Of a stretch of DNA of 64,000 bases, positions 1 to 11,600 are shown piece after piece. Below the pieces are notes generated by a model. It searched no databases and was not told where the DNA came from. It worked only from the letters and a program-made list of their open reading frames with translations. The DNA lies in the NCBI RefSeq assembly GCF_036588685.1, contig NC_086380.1, forward strand, positions 76,136,001 through 76,200,000. Reading direction: 5' to 3'. Source of the stretch: Mytilus trossulus (Eukaryota). How positions within the stretch are numbered: the first letter of the stretch is position 1; the number at the start of each line of letters is the position of its first letter. The position numbers and the translations under genes are program-made.

Positions 1-480
1 GGACAAAAAACAAAATCGGGGTAACAAACTAAAACTGAGGGAAACGCATTAAATATAAGAGGAGAACAACGACACAACATTAAAATGTAACACACACATA
101 AACAGACTAAGCATTAGACAAAATCCTATGAGAATAACAAATATAATATCAAAACTAAATACATGAATTTGGGATAGATAAGTACCGTGACACGTCTTAT
201 AGTAATGTGAATTCATACTCAAAAATAAGAGAAGACAAACGACACAACGGAAACACAACGTTAAAATGTAACACACACAGAAACGAACTATAATACAACA
301 ATGGCCACATTCCTGAATTGGTACAGGACATTTTTAAAAGAAAAAATGGTGGGTTAAACCTGGTTTTGTGGCATGCTAAACCTCGCACTTTAATGGCAAT
401 GTTAAATATAACATTACAATGACAACATAATATTACAGGTCTACAGTACAAATAAATAGGAGAACGTATTATGCAAAGAA
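1..480 (-). mobile_element. Dispersed SINE-like repeat family A (fragments also at ~2680-2830, 47805-47960, 50360-50602, 55810-55931)
   Basis: The motif cggggtaacaaactaaaactgagggaaac recurs in both orientations. A twister-like core lies at ~305-392. Confidence 0.65.
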
Positions 481-769
481 ACACATGAATAATAGATAAC
501 AATAGGCATCACGTTTAAAATTCAATACGTCAAAAACGCGCCTCGTTTAAGTTATATATCAGTTGCGTTTTTCTTTTCTTTTATTGTGCGATTACGTTTT
601 CAATTCTAGAACGATCAAATTTCTATTTACAAAATAACATACAGCATTTGTCAAACGTTAACTGTTAATACTGGGTAAGGAAACTTGCATACAAAAAAGA
701 AAATCTTAAAAATTCTTTATGATTTGGAGTAAAATAAACCGTATATATAATTTGTTTTAAGGTTTTCCT

Positions 770-2428
770 ATGGCATCAGCTAGTCTGTGTGATCCTTGCT
801 CTGAAGCTGATAAGTCATTAACTGCAACAAAGTATTGCTCTGACTGTGAAGAACAACTTTGTAGAGACTGTGGGGTATCACATTGCCGATCCAAAGCCTT
901 CAAATCTCACCATGCTATCGACCTGTCGGCCATCGGATCCAATATCCTTATATCTGCGAAGAAAAGGTGCAATGACCATTCAGAAATGATATTGGATTAT
1001 TACTGCACAGATCATGAGATCGTATGTTGTAGAGCCTGCATATCTAATGAACACAGGGTTTGTCAGAACGTACTCCCGTTGGAACTTGCCTCGAATGATG
1101 TTAGAAAGTCTGCACTGTTTAACGATGTTATGGAAGACATAACTCATCTTATCACAACATTGAATGCTTTAGAAAATAACAGACAGTCAAAATTACAATC
1201 AATGGAGGAATCTAAATCAGCAATTACTAAGAAGATCCGTGCAGTGAAATCCAAGTTTTTGAAACAAATTGACGATTTGGAGCGTGAATTAACGACCAGT
1301 TTCTCGTCTCTACAACGAAAACATGAAATGGAAATCAACAAACAAAAGCAAGAAATATCACAAGTCTTGGTCGATGTAGAGGAAAACAAAAACAAAAAGG
1401 ATTTTTTCAGAGATCATGGATCAAAGAATCAGCTTTTTGTATTCTTGCGACAACAAGTATCATATATTGATAGCACCGAAGCTAGGATTCAACAGATGAT
1501 ATCCAATTCACAAGAAATCAATATTATCTTTGATGAAAAGAAAGACGTCAAGCTTGAATCTTTTGGGTCCCTGATAGAGTATGTCCAACCTTGTCTAGTT
1601 CAATACAAACCACGGAAATGTCACCATGCCCAGATAAATGCAGAACAAATGAAATACATTATTTGGTTTGAGAAGGATACAGGGTTAAAACTTGAAATAG
1701 GGGAAACATATGCTCTTCGAGATGTAAAAGTCACAAACGATAATACGCTACTTCTAACCAATACATCATCATCCTATCCCAAACTCTATGTTTACAGAGA
1801 CTGTTAAGATTACGAGACAGAGATAAGATTTTCCTCCGAACCTCATGGTGTTGCTGTGATACCTGGTACGGACAAAGTTGTTATTACCCTCCCTAACCAG
1901 AAGTCTATACAATTAATAAATACTAAATATTTGACAAAGAGCAACACAGTTAACGTTGGATTTACATGTGTTGGGATCACTGCTGTGCGTGACAGAATTT
2001 ATGTTGGTGGTGTACATGGTGTAGGAGGTATTATTAAAATATTAGACACCAATGGGTCAATTTTGAAAACAATGAAACAAGAATCTGATTGTATTTGTTT
2101 CAAAGGATACGATGGTAGAAAAGAAAAATTGATTGTTAGGTGTCTTGACAAACTCCTTTGCATCAAATTGGATGGAACACTAGTATACAGTAAGGCCATT
2201 TCAGGAATATCAGGTATAACACTTGATCGACAGGGCAATCTCTATTTCTGCGATTACCATGGCAGCAACATTCAAAGAATATCATCAGGTGGGAAATGCA
2301 GTGAAAAAATGCTGTACAAAGACAATGGTTTTAACAAACCGTATGGAATGAGTGTTAACAATGGCTTCACAAAACTGTTTGTTATACATAATCATTATAA
2401 GTGTGTATAGAAATGCAAGTACTTGTAA
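770..2428 (+). pseudogene. Copy 1: RING-less B-box/coiled-coil/NHL-like propeller (TRIM-like) gene with premature stop
   Basis: ORFs 770-1807 and 1856-2410 are in the same frame. TAA at 1805-1807 replaces AAA (RDC*DYE vs RDCKDYE in paralogs). A second nonsense TAG at 2408-2410 lies just before the ancestral KCKYL-TAA end at 2428. This is the most diverged full-length copy. Confidence 0.88.
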
Positions 2429-2862
2429 AAACTTGAAAAGTTATATTCGGATTTTTATAAAATTGTGTTATCCATATGTACTTAGTAAATATATCTTGTT
2501 TGTATGTTTTTTTTGTACAATTTTAGATTTTCATTTGATGTTTAGAAGAAAATAACAATATAGGTCAAATTCAAATTTAATTATGTCGTCTGGCATGGCG
2601 TTATTTTAAAGGAAGGCGTTGCACATTGACACATAGTTCAAAACGTCATGACATAGCAAATCCAAATCTATGTTTGCTGTTTAAAAGTCATAAATCGATT
2701 GAATAAAAAAAAATCCGGGTTACAAGATAAAACCGATGGAAACTCATCAACTATATAAGAGGGAAACAAAGAAACAAGATAACACTGAAGTGCATAAAAA
2801 AAGCAAGCGACAATTTGAAACACAAATTAAAGGAGAACAAAAGAGGAACAGAAAGACATTTG

Positions 2863-2896
<34 letters not shown>

Positions 2897-2898
2897 GA

Positions 2899-3120
2899 AA
2901 AAAGTAAAATCACAAAAATACTGAACTCAGAGGAAAATCAATTTGGAAAGTCCATAATCACATGGCAAAATCAAAAAACGAAACGTTTCAAAAACGAATG
3001 GACAAGAACTGTCATATTCCGGACTTGGTACAGGCATTTTAAAATGTAGAAAATGGTGGATTAAACCTGGTTCTATAGCGCTAACCCTCTCACTTTAATA
3101 ATAGTCTCATCAAATTCCGC
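2899..3120 (-). mobile_element. SINE-like insertion (family B) with 5-bp TSD
   Basis: Flanked by TACGA (2894-2898, 3121-3125) and absent from the paralogous flank of copy 7 (~48045). A reverse fragment lies at ~37025-37165. Confidence 0.75.
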
Positions 3121-4444
3121 TACGATAGCAAGTAAAAAGATTTAAGATAAGTGTGCAAAAAAAAAACCCAGTTAAACGCATATACACAAAAAGTCAGAAA
3201 AAAGGAAGAAAAAACAAACAAAAAACCCTGAACAAAAACAAACAGAGATTGAAATTCCAAACTCTTAAAAAAAAGAAATACATAAAAATAACAGTAAAAC
3301 AGAAATGACAAAAAGGTGTAGATTCAATATATGAAATAAGAAAATAATAAGTAAACAACTCATTTCCGCTCAATATATTTAAAATCTTACTTTTTTAAAG
3401 TAGATAGTTGAGTGCTCTGGATTTTTTTAAAGTATCTGTTGTATGTCAATTTTGGTGTTCACTCTTATATTGTGCATCAATAATTTTTCTGTTATCTACA
3501 CTTATCGAATATGTCAAACGGAAATATTTTATTCTCCGGATTCAATTTCTTGTACATTTGAAAGACCAACAAGACATATAAACCTGTATTTTGGTGACAC
3601 TTAAGCTTATAAATGGATTAGCCAGAGTAAAACGTATACCAAGATCTTGTATTAGCATTGCTTAGCGAAATGACAAGGGGTCACACGGGATACTCGTAGA
3701 CTTATTGTATTCCGATGAGCACAAAAAAATGAAATTTAAATTTAATTCAAGTATCTAAAGTTCTTGTATATATTCCTGATGTTGAATTTCCTATTATAAT
3801 TTTCTTGATATAAGGTTGTTGCTCACAAGGAAGCTATTAAATCTAGAGTTCCTAGTGGTGATGACGAAATAATCTCTTCGTAAATTTAACGGTCGCCAAC
3901 ACGAGTTGGTTGACCGTTACGGAATATCCGTTTCACAGATGATATCGGAGATGTTCCTAATGTTGTTGCTACAATCTCGTTCCTTTCTTTTAATGAACTT
4001 TATCAAATACTAGATAAGACTAGAAAGAAAAACATGGCGTTACCGTTCATATTAGCTCACAATCTTCCTAGCTACGAAAGGGGCATGCATTTCTGTTAAG
4101 GAACTTTGTTTCATTTTGAACTAATAGGAGTTAAGAGGTAATATCGAAATAAAAAAAGAACTTAATTACAGATATCGTTTAGTTTATTTGAAAAAATAAT
4201 AATATGGGTCACCGATGAGTTAAAAAAGATATTTCAGTTTTAATGAAAAGAAATAGTTTTTTTGGCTTAAAGGGAGATAACTTGTAGCTTTTGTGTTGAT
4301 ATAAATATTTTAAAACTCAGTTTGGGCTAAACAAAAATTATTTTTTGGGTTGATTTCATAAAGTAAAAACTAATAGTGTAATAGATATAACTTGTAATGA
4401 AAGCATTTTTTACTGATTTTTCTTTTGTTCCCTCAAAACTCTTT

Positions 4445-4520
4445 AAGTCACGGTATCGAAAGTGCGATTTGTTTGATTGGTCTATTTCGCTTGTTGCACG
4501 TAGAGTAAATGCTTTAACTT
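4445..4520 (+). other. Remnant of the intronic part of the cassette upstream of copy 2
   Basis: cacggtatcgaaagtgcgatttgtttgattggtctatttcgcttgttg resembles cactgttaggaaagtgcgaatcgtttaaatgatcgatatcgcttgttg in the other cassettes. No exon or donor is seen upstream. Confidence 0.55.
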
Positions 4521-4992
4521 CCACGAACAATAGGAGATTGCTAACTTCTTAGAAATAGTTGGTGTCTTGTTTAAAATGGACTTGCAGTATGAAATTTATA
4601 AAATAAAGCAAGGTTCTTTCAATAAATTTACTGAGTTTATTTATAAAATCGAGTCAAAACCAAAAACACCCACGTACAGGAAAATATAAATTGATAGGAC
4701 GAGAAGAGAAACACCAATGAACCGCACAAACAAAGGACTATCACTGAGCACCATAAATATAGTTTGTCCAATTATGTATCGCATTGATTTCTCCTGTTTT
4801 CAGTCCTGATTAACAGCTATGACCTTCTGAACATTGGTATTCTTATTTTGTACTTTTTTAAAGAGGATATTTTCAATGTAATCATTTCCCACCCAGTGTA
4901 CAAAGCACAAATGTATATCCCTTGCGAAAAGGCAATTATATCATTGTTTCGTTTTGTAGATTATCTCTTACTAAAGAATCTTGTATACCAAC

Positions 4993-5640
4993 TGTAACAT
5001 TTCTATATGTTAGGACGAGTGTGTTATGTAATTGTATCAGGTTTACATGCATAAGTATTTTCACCCATGTCCATTTGATACAGTTAGAGAACATCAGAGA
5101 TATTAATTAAGATATATATTTAGATTTCTTTTTTGACTAGTGAGCCCTAATGATTTGCATAAGGTGCCCTAGTAAATTTATGTAAGGTGCACGGAACGCT
5201 AGGAGCCCAGATTACCGGAGCATTCGGATTTCCGGAGCACCCGGATTTCCGGAGCACGGAATACACGGAGCCCGGCTGCCATAGTAGTTTATAGTTGTAT
5301 CCGGACTTGTAGAAGTAGCATAAAAGAGAGAAAAAGCGTGAGATAAAGGAGGAGAAAGAATTTATAGTGAGAAGAGGACAGTTACGTTTGGAGAGTAGAG
5401 ATGAGAACTGTGTTGTTGAGCCTGAAGTTAGATGTACATTTTGTTCTACTTGTAACTGTGTTAAAGTCGTGTGATTTTAATAATACATTATTGTACTTTT
5501 ATTCAAATTCGTGTTTATGTTCACTTTCAAGACTTCGTTCAGACTGCATTAGGCTCCATTTATATATTGATGTGACCAGGATTCCCTTAATCACGCTACC
5601 AATAGATTTCTAGAGTACCCTGTTAAAGATTATACTTGGC
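4993..5640 (+). mobile_element. Possible LTR-like fragment
   Basis: Starts tgtaac and contains a local GC-rich block of ccggagcac/cggatttc repeats and a GA-rich tract. No clean CA end or TSD was found. Confidence 0.3.
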
Positions 5641-6464
5641 ATTTGTCGTCCGTGTACAAGTGAATGGCACGACATGCAACTTATACACCCCAAAACATAG
5701 CACAAACACAGCACAAACACACGGATACACATCTTAGTTTAAAGTTGCATCATAACTTCTTTTTCGTCACACAAAGAACCATAAGACTATAAAATTATAC
5801 CGATTCGTCCCTTCAAAAATCAGGCTTAAAATTTATCTCAAAAACAAATATCCAATAAAAAATGCTAAATACGTATACAAGGTATTAATCTTAACTTAGG
5901 CACAATTTATATGGACCGATGGAACTAAATATAATTCTAACACAATTCAGATGCTTTTCATCGTTCTTGAACTTTGACTTGTTGAGAGTCAATACACCAT
6001 TTCCTTTTTGACTGTTCTTTATTTACACACTTGAACAAAATCTGATGAACAATCTAAGATGGCTCCCTGACGACTTTATATTAAGTTATTAACATCTGGT
6101 AATCCGAACATTTCGTATCAACACTACGTCAATATATTCAAACATTTATTATAGTTTATTAAAAGCTCTGAGAGATTTCTTGTCAAAGATATATTACTAA
6201 TAGTGTATTTGTGGTACATTCACGTCACCATCTTTATCATCATTACCTCTTTTTCAGTTATTATTTTTTCATCTTTTTTCAATAAATTAAATCTTAAAGT
6301 ATTGTCAATTCTGATTATTTTTGCATGCTTGTATTTATATTGTGTTGTAATTCATTGTTATTTGGAACGGGCCGCATAAGTATGGTTTACTTAAACTTGT
6401 GCCTAATCTATTTTACTTCGAGTAAATGCAATATGTAAAAAATTCAAACAAAACATGCGACACT

Positions 6465-6897
6465 TAAAAGAGGGACGAAAGATACCAAAGGGACAGTCAA
6501 ACTCATAAATCTACAACAAACTGACAACGCCATGGCTAAAAATGAAAAAGACAAACAGAAAAACAATAGCACACATGACACAACATAGAAAACTAAAGAA
6601 TAAACAACACGAACCCCACCAAAAACTAGGGGTGATCTCAGGTGCTCCGTAAGGGTAAGCAGATCCTCCTCCACATGCGGCATCCGCCGTGTTGCTTATG
6701 TGATTTCAAATCCGGTAAATAGTCTAATTCGGTAGGTCAAATTAATGAAAAGGAAGGGGATTGTAGTTACGACGTAAGGAACATATCCGATATCATTTGT
6801 GAAACGGTTATTCCATAACGGTCAACCAACTCGTGATGGCGTCCGTAAAATTTACGAAGGGACGATTTCAACTTCACCATTTGGAACTCTTGATTAA
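6465..6897 (-). mobile_element. 3' end of a Penelope-like retroelement (RT C-terminus + 3' UTR)
   Basis: The minus strand encodes NQEFQMVKLKSSLRKFYGRHHELVDRYGI, followed by gcttacccttacggagcacctgagatcacccc. Older + strand copies lie at ~3810-3985, 48815-49260 and 59570-59985 (3' flanks of copies 1, 7, 8). Confidence 0.7.
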
Positions 6898-6930
6898 AAA
6901 TCGTTATCTTTTTGGAAGATCTCACGTTTG

Positions 6931-7560
6931 TGACATATATATCAATTATATGGGCATTTTTATAAATTTTCTGTTTACAAAACTTTGAATTTTTCGAAAA
7001 ACTAAGGATGTTCTTACCCCAAGGAGTAGATTACCTTAGCCGTATTTGACACAACTTTTCGGAATTTTGGGCCCTCAATGCTCTTCAACTTTGTATTTGT
7101 CTGGCTTTTAACTGTTTTGATCTGAGCGTCACTGATGAGTCTTATGTATTCGAAATTCGCGTTTGGCGTATTAAATTATAATCCTAGTACCTTTGATAAC
7201 TATTAACACCACTAGGTCGATGCCACTGCTGTTGGACGTTTCGTCCCCTAGGGTATCACCAGCCCAGTAGTCAGCACTTCGGTGTTGATATGGATATCAA
7301 TTATATGGGCTTCTTTTTTTTTAATTTTCTGTTTACAAATCTTTGAATTTTTCGAAAAACTCAGGATTTTCTTACCCCCAGGAGTAGATTACCTTAGCCG
7401 TATTTGGAACCACTTTTTGGAATTTTGGGTCATCAATGCTCTTCAACTTTGTATTTGCTTGGCTTTTTAACTGTTTTGATCTGAGCGTCACTGATGAGTC
7501 TTATGTAGACGAAACGCGCGTCTGGCGTATTAAATTATAATCCTGGTACCTTTGATAACT
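6931..7560 (+). mobile_element. Non-LTR retrozyme-like tandem (~1.75 units, period 359 nt)
   Basis: Direct repeat with hammerhead cores at 7132 (degenerate: GAC>TTC, GAAAT, GUU) and 7491 (intact). Unit size and type I hammerhead fit the retrozymes described in mussels. Confidence 0.8.
7475..7534 (+). ncRNA. Type I hammerhead ribozyme, intact core
   Basis: Stem I tttgat-(ctga)-gcgtca pairs with tggcgt-attaaa. CTGATGA at 7491-7497, stem II GTC-ttatgta-GAC, GAAA at 7511-7514, short stem III AC-gcgc-GT (palindrome ACGCGCGT). GUC cleavage is predicted after 7522. Confidence 0.88.
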
Positions 7561-7990
7561 TTTGTGAATGATCATTATATCGAGCCAATTTAAGTAACTA
7601 TAAGGTATTTATATATTTCTTTCTGGTCGCTTTAGAGTATACTCGACGTGTCAACAAGACGACTCATTTATAAAACGGTATTCACTATGAATGGTTTACT
7701 GTCGGTAGTTTTAAGTCATATACCATTCCAATCTTATAACAAAACGCCGTTCTGCTATTAGTTAACGGATGGTTGTTTTTTTCTTCTTTAAAAAGGAAAT
7801 TGAATCTTCAATTCTAGAATGGTGAACATCTTATGTACAAATTTGCATGCATGAATTGATAAATTGTAACTGCTAAAACTACTCTATAAAATTGGCTTGA
7901 ATACAGAAAATGAAGAAAAAACCTTTTGATTAGAAACGTGAAGAACACATTTCATTTTTATTTACTATTTTTTTTTCCAGAAATCATTCT

Positions 7991-9640
7991 ATGGCATCAA
8001 CTAGTTTCTGTGATCCTTGTTCCGAAGCTGACAAGTCTTTAACAGCAACAAGGTATTGCTCAGACTGTGAAGAAAGACTTTGTACAGACTGTGCAGAATC
8101 ACATTGCAGATTCAGAGCTTTTAAATCTCACCATGTTATCGACCTGTCGTCCATTGGATCCAATATTCTTATGTCCGCGAAGAAACACTGCAATGTTCAT
8201 TCAGAAATGATATTGGATTATTACTGCACAGATCATGAGATCGTTTGCTGTAGAGCCTGCATATCTAGTGAACACAGGGTTTGTCAGAACGTTCTCCCAT
8301 TGGAACTTGCCTCGAAAGATGTAAAAAAGTCTGCACTGTTTAATGATGTTATGGAAGACATAATGCATCTTATTACAACATTGAATGCTTTAGACAATAA
8401 CAGAGAGTCAAACTTACAATCAATAGAAAAATCAAAATCAACAATAACTAAGAAGATCCGAGCAGTGAAATCTAAATTTTTGAAACAAATTGAAGATTTG
8501 GAGCGTGAATTAACGACCACTTTGTCATCTCTCCAACGAAAACATGAAATCGAAATCAACAAACAAAAGCAAGAAATATCGCAAGTCTTGGTCAATGTTA
8601 TAGAAAATAAAAACGAGATGGATTTTTTGAGAGATCATGGATCTAAGAATCAGCTCTTTATATTCCTTCGCCAACAAGTAACAAATATTCATAGTGCTGA
8701 GGCAAAGATTCAGCAGATAGTATCTGATTCACAAGAATTCGATATAACCTTTGACGAAAAGAAAGATGGTAAGCTTGAGTCTCTCGGGTCACTGTCAGAG
8801 TATGTTCAACAATGTCAAGTTCAATACAAACCAAAGAAATTTCAACAAGCCCAGATAAAGGCGGAACCAATGAAAAACATTCTTGGGTTTGAGCAGGATA
8901 CGGAAGTACAACTGAAAACTGGGGAAAAATATGTTCTTTGGGATGTGTCTATCACACATGATAATAAGCTACTCCTCATTAATAAATCGTCAACATATTC
9001 AAAACTGTATGTTTACAGAGACTGTAAAGATTATGAAACAGAGATAACTTTTTCCTCCGCACCTGTTTTTGTTGCTGTGATACCTGGTACGGACAGAGCT
9101 GTTATTACCCTACCTAACGAGGGGTCTATACAATTTATAAATACGACAACGATGACAAAGTCCGACAAAGTCAACATGGGATTTACATGTTATGGTATCA
9201 CTGCTGGACGTGACAGAATTTACGTTGGTGGTCAAGGTGGTACTATCAAAACATTAGACACAAATGGGACAATTCTAACAACGATTCGACAAGGATCTGA
9301 TGAAATTTTCTTCATGGTATACAATGATTTACAAGATCAGTTGATTGTTAGATGTGTTGGTAAACTCCTTTGTATCAAAGTAGATGGAACACTAGTTTAC
9401 AGTAAAGAAGTTTCTGGAATAGCAGAAGTAACACTTGATCGACAGAGGAACATTTATGTGGGCGGTTATGAGACCAACAACATACAAAAAATGTCATCAG
9501 ATGGAAGGATTTGTGAAGAAATGCTAAACAAAGACAATGGCATTGAACGTCCGTATGGAATGTGTTTTAACAATGACTTCACCAAACTGTTTGTTATTAA
9601 TAACGGTTGCAAATCCGTACATGTATTCAAATGCAAGTGA
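7991..9640 (+). CDS. Copy 2: RING-less TRIM-like protein (2 B-boxes, coiled coil, NHL-like six-bladed propeller), 549 aa
   Basis: Intact ORF with CDPC..CSDC..CTDC..H..H (B-box1), CNVH..CTDH..CCRAC..H..C (B-box2), a heptad-rich middle and C-terminal blades (CYGIT, RIYVGG, RPYGMCFN). Acceptor tttttttccag ends at 7980. Confidence 0.93.
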   Translation: MASTSFCDPCSEADKSLTATRYCSDCEERLCTDCAESHCRFRAFKSHHVIDLSSIGSNILMSAKKHCNVHSEMILDYYCTDHEIVCCRACISSEHRVCQNVLPLELASKDVKKSALFNDVMEDIMHLITTLNALDNNRESNLQSIEKSKSTITKKIRAVKSKFLKQIEDLERELTTTLSSLQRKHEIEINKQKQEISQVLVNVIENKNEMDFLRDHGSKNQLFIFLRQQVTNIHSAEAKIQQIVSDSQEFDITFDEKKDGKLESLGSLSEYVQQCQVQYKPKKFQQAQIKAEPMKNILGFEQDTEVQLKTGEKYVLWDVSITHDNKLLLINKSSTYSKLYVYRDCKDYETEITFSSAPVFVAVIPGTDRAVITLPNEGSIQFINTTTMTKSDKVNMGFTCYGITAGRDRIYVGGQGGTIKTLDTNGTILTTIRQGSDEIFFMVYNDLQDQLIVRCVGKLLCIKVDGTLVYSKEVSGIAEVTLDRQRNIYVGGYETNNIQKMSSDGRICEEMLNKDNGIERPYGMCFNNDFTKLFVINNGCKSVHVFKCK

Positions 9641-10570
9641 AAATATATGTCAAAGAATTTAGATTTCTTTATCAAAATGTAACTTATATACAAAAAGTAT
9701 AGTTTTTAGTCTAACTATGGAAGATGTTGGTTTTTTTACAATAAAACCTGACTTTTAGCAATGCCGCTCATTATTTGCATTTAAAAACTGTGTGAAGTTC
9801 TAATCTTTAATGTGTAATAAATACACGATAGTCTATCAAGAATTCATTTAGCAGTTTAAGACAAATTGACAATTAAATTAACCAGCTAGTTCAATCAAAG
9901 CAAGATATGATTTGTTCATTTTTTGATTATTTTTGTTTATGTGCACATCCTGTTTGTTTAAATCTTGTTTTTGTGAAACTCCTATAAATTTAAGCAACGA
10001 TGGTTTATCGATGCGTTATCATTGTTTACAGACAAACATGGTGATGTTCCAGCAGTTACAATAGCAAATAACATTCTGTTTAAATGCAAAATTCGTTTTT
10101 TGGAATGTCTATCTAAAGACTTTTAAAGAGTTTGCAGCGAATCTGAGAATCTGACTTATACCCATATATTATTCACGAAAGAGAATATTTTAGTAACTTA
10201 CTAATCTATCGTTTTCTCCTTTTATACTTAAAACAATTCCAATCGTTCTGCATAACCCTCTGTCTTACCCATGATTGCAACTGTCTGCGTTAGGGCACCT
10301 GTAATGATGATTATAAGTTTGTTCTGGTAAATTTTTAAAGTTAAATACAGAATTTTTTAATCAAACTTTTCCGTTCTAATGCTTTTTCTTGATCTTGATG
10401 TTTGTTTCTGTCAACGATTTATATCAATCCATTAAGGTAATCATGTTAAAAAGAATCACTGGCTACTGAAAAAGTTTGACATTATACTGTATGTTATAGA
10501 ATATATGTTGTTGTTTGTCTTTCCCCGAACTGTAACGGGTGTTTTAAATTGTCCATCATTGCGAATATAT

Positions 10571-10582
10571 GAAAAGTGAAAA
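10571..10582 (+). promoter_or_regulatory. IRF-binding (ISRE-like) motif in a conserved upstream block
   Basis: GAAAAGTGAAAA, with homologous blocks at 29557-29568 (AAAAAGTGAAAA) and ~51930 (GAAAAGTGAC). Each lies 0.5-0.95 kb upstream of a cassette donor. Confidence 0.4.
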
Positions 10583-10969
10583 AACAACACGGTAAGTAGT
10601 ATATGCAATATTCCTCTTAATAGATAGAAAGCATTGTAAATGTGGTATGAGTGCAAATGAGACAACTCTCCTCTCAAATAACAGTTTAGATAAGTAAACC
10701 ATTATAGGTCAATTTACGGCCTTCAACACGGAGCTTTTCGCTCACACCGAACAAAAAGCTTAGAAGGGCTCCAAAATTACTAGTGTAATATAAATTCATT
10801 CAAACGGGAAAACCAACGGTCTAATCTATATAAAAACGAGAAACGAGAAACACGTATAAATTACATAAACAAACGACAACTACTGTACATCAGATTGCTG
10901 ACTTAAGACAGGTGCAATCATTTGTAATGGGATTAAACGTTTTAATGGTACCAAACGTTTTCCATTTTT

Positions 10970-11095
10970 CTTAAACCTTAGCATATTTTTTTTTTTCTGA
11001 AACAATAGCATATTTATCCTTTTCTGAAACAATAGCATATTTACCTTTTACTGAAACTATAGCATATATACCTTTTTTCTGAAACAATAGCATAA
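10970..11095. repeat. ~27-bp degenerate tandem repeat, 4-5 copies
   Basis: tttctgaaacaatagcatattt repeated. Confidence 0.8.
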
Positions 11096-11339
11096 CAGCA
11101 TAACACAGCTAAGTATGCTTTAACACATTTCTGTGTCACTAAACCTTTAAAACCTCAAAACGACAAAAAAACCTCTGCAGTCGCATGTATAATCATGATA
11201 ATTATGTATTGTAATATTTTAGTTATGTCTTTTTTTTATTTTTTAGCTTTTTTAGTTATCAAATTCTCACAAAAAAATATTCGATTTATTGAAAAATCGT
11301 TTTGCATTAAATTTTAAATTTGTTTGATTTATTAAACTA

Positions 11340-11600
11340 GACAATTAACAGCGCCACGTAGTTTTTAAAAATGTCATACATCAAACTTTATCATCCTTAT
11401 ATAATTTGTACATTAAGTTCTAGTATTGTCTTCAAGAACCAGTATAGCAAGTTAAACAGCAGAAAAGTCGTGGTTGATTTTGAATCTGTTGATCTCGTTT
11501 AAATCCAACAGGTAAGTCTTAATTTAGCAGTGTTATTATTTGTTTTGACGACGAGCTAATTTTAGGTTGATATGGTTTAAATCGAAAGTAAATAATTTCA
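11340..11600 (+). promoter_or_regulatory. Putative promoter + non-coding exon 1 cassette of copy 3
   Basis: cagcgccacgtag at 11349, conserved cttcaagaaccag, perfect donor CAG|GTAAGT (GT at 11512) and aaatcgaaagtaaa near 11580. The ETS motif is absent here. Confidence 0.6.

Noticed and set aside
7116-7175. Second hammerhead as an active ribozyme
   Set aside because: Stem II (GAC>TTC) and stem III (GAAAT, TCGC) are disrupted.
8284-8595. Recurrent antisense ORF (TKTCDISCFCLL...) in most copies
   Set aside because: It is the shadow of the conserved coiled-coil coding strand, with variable length and no independent signal.
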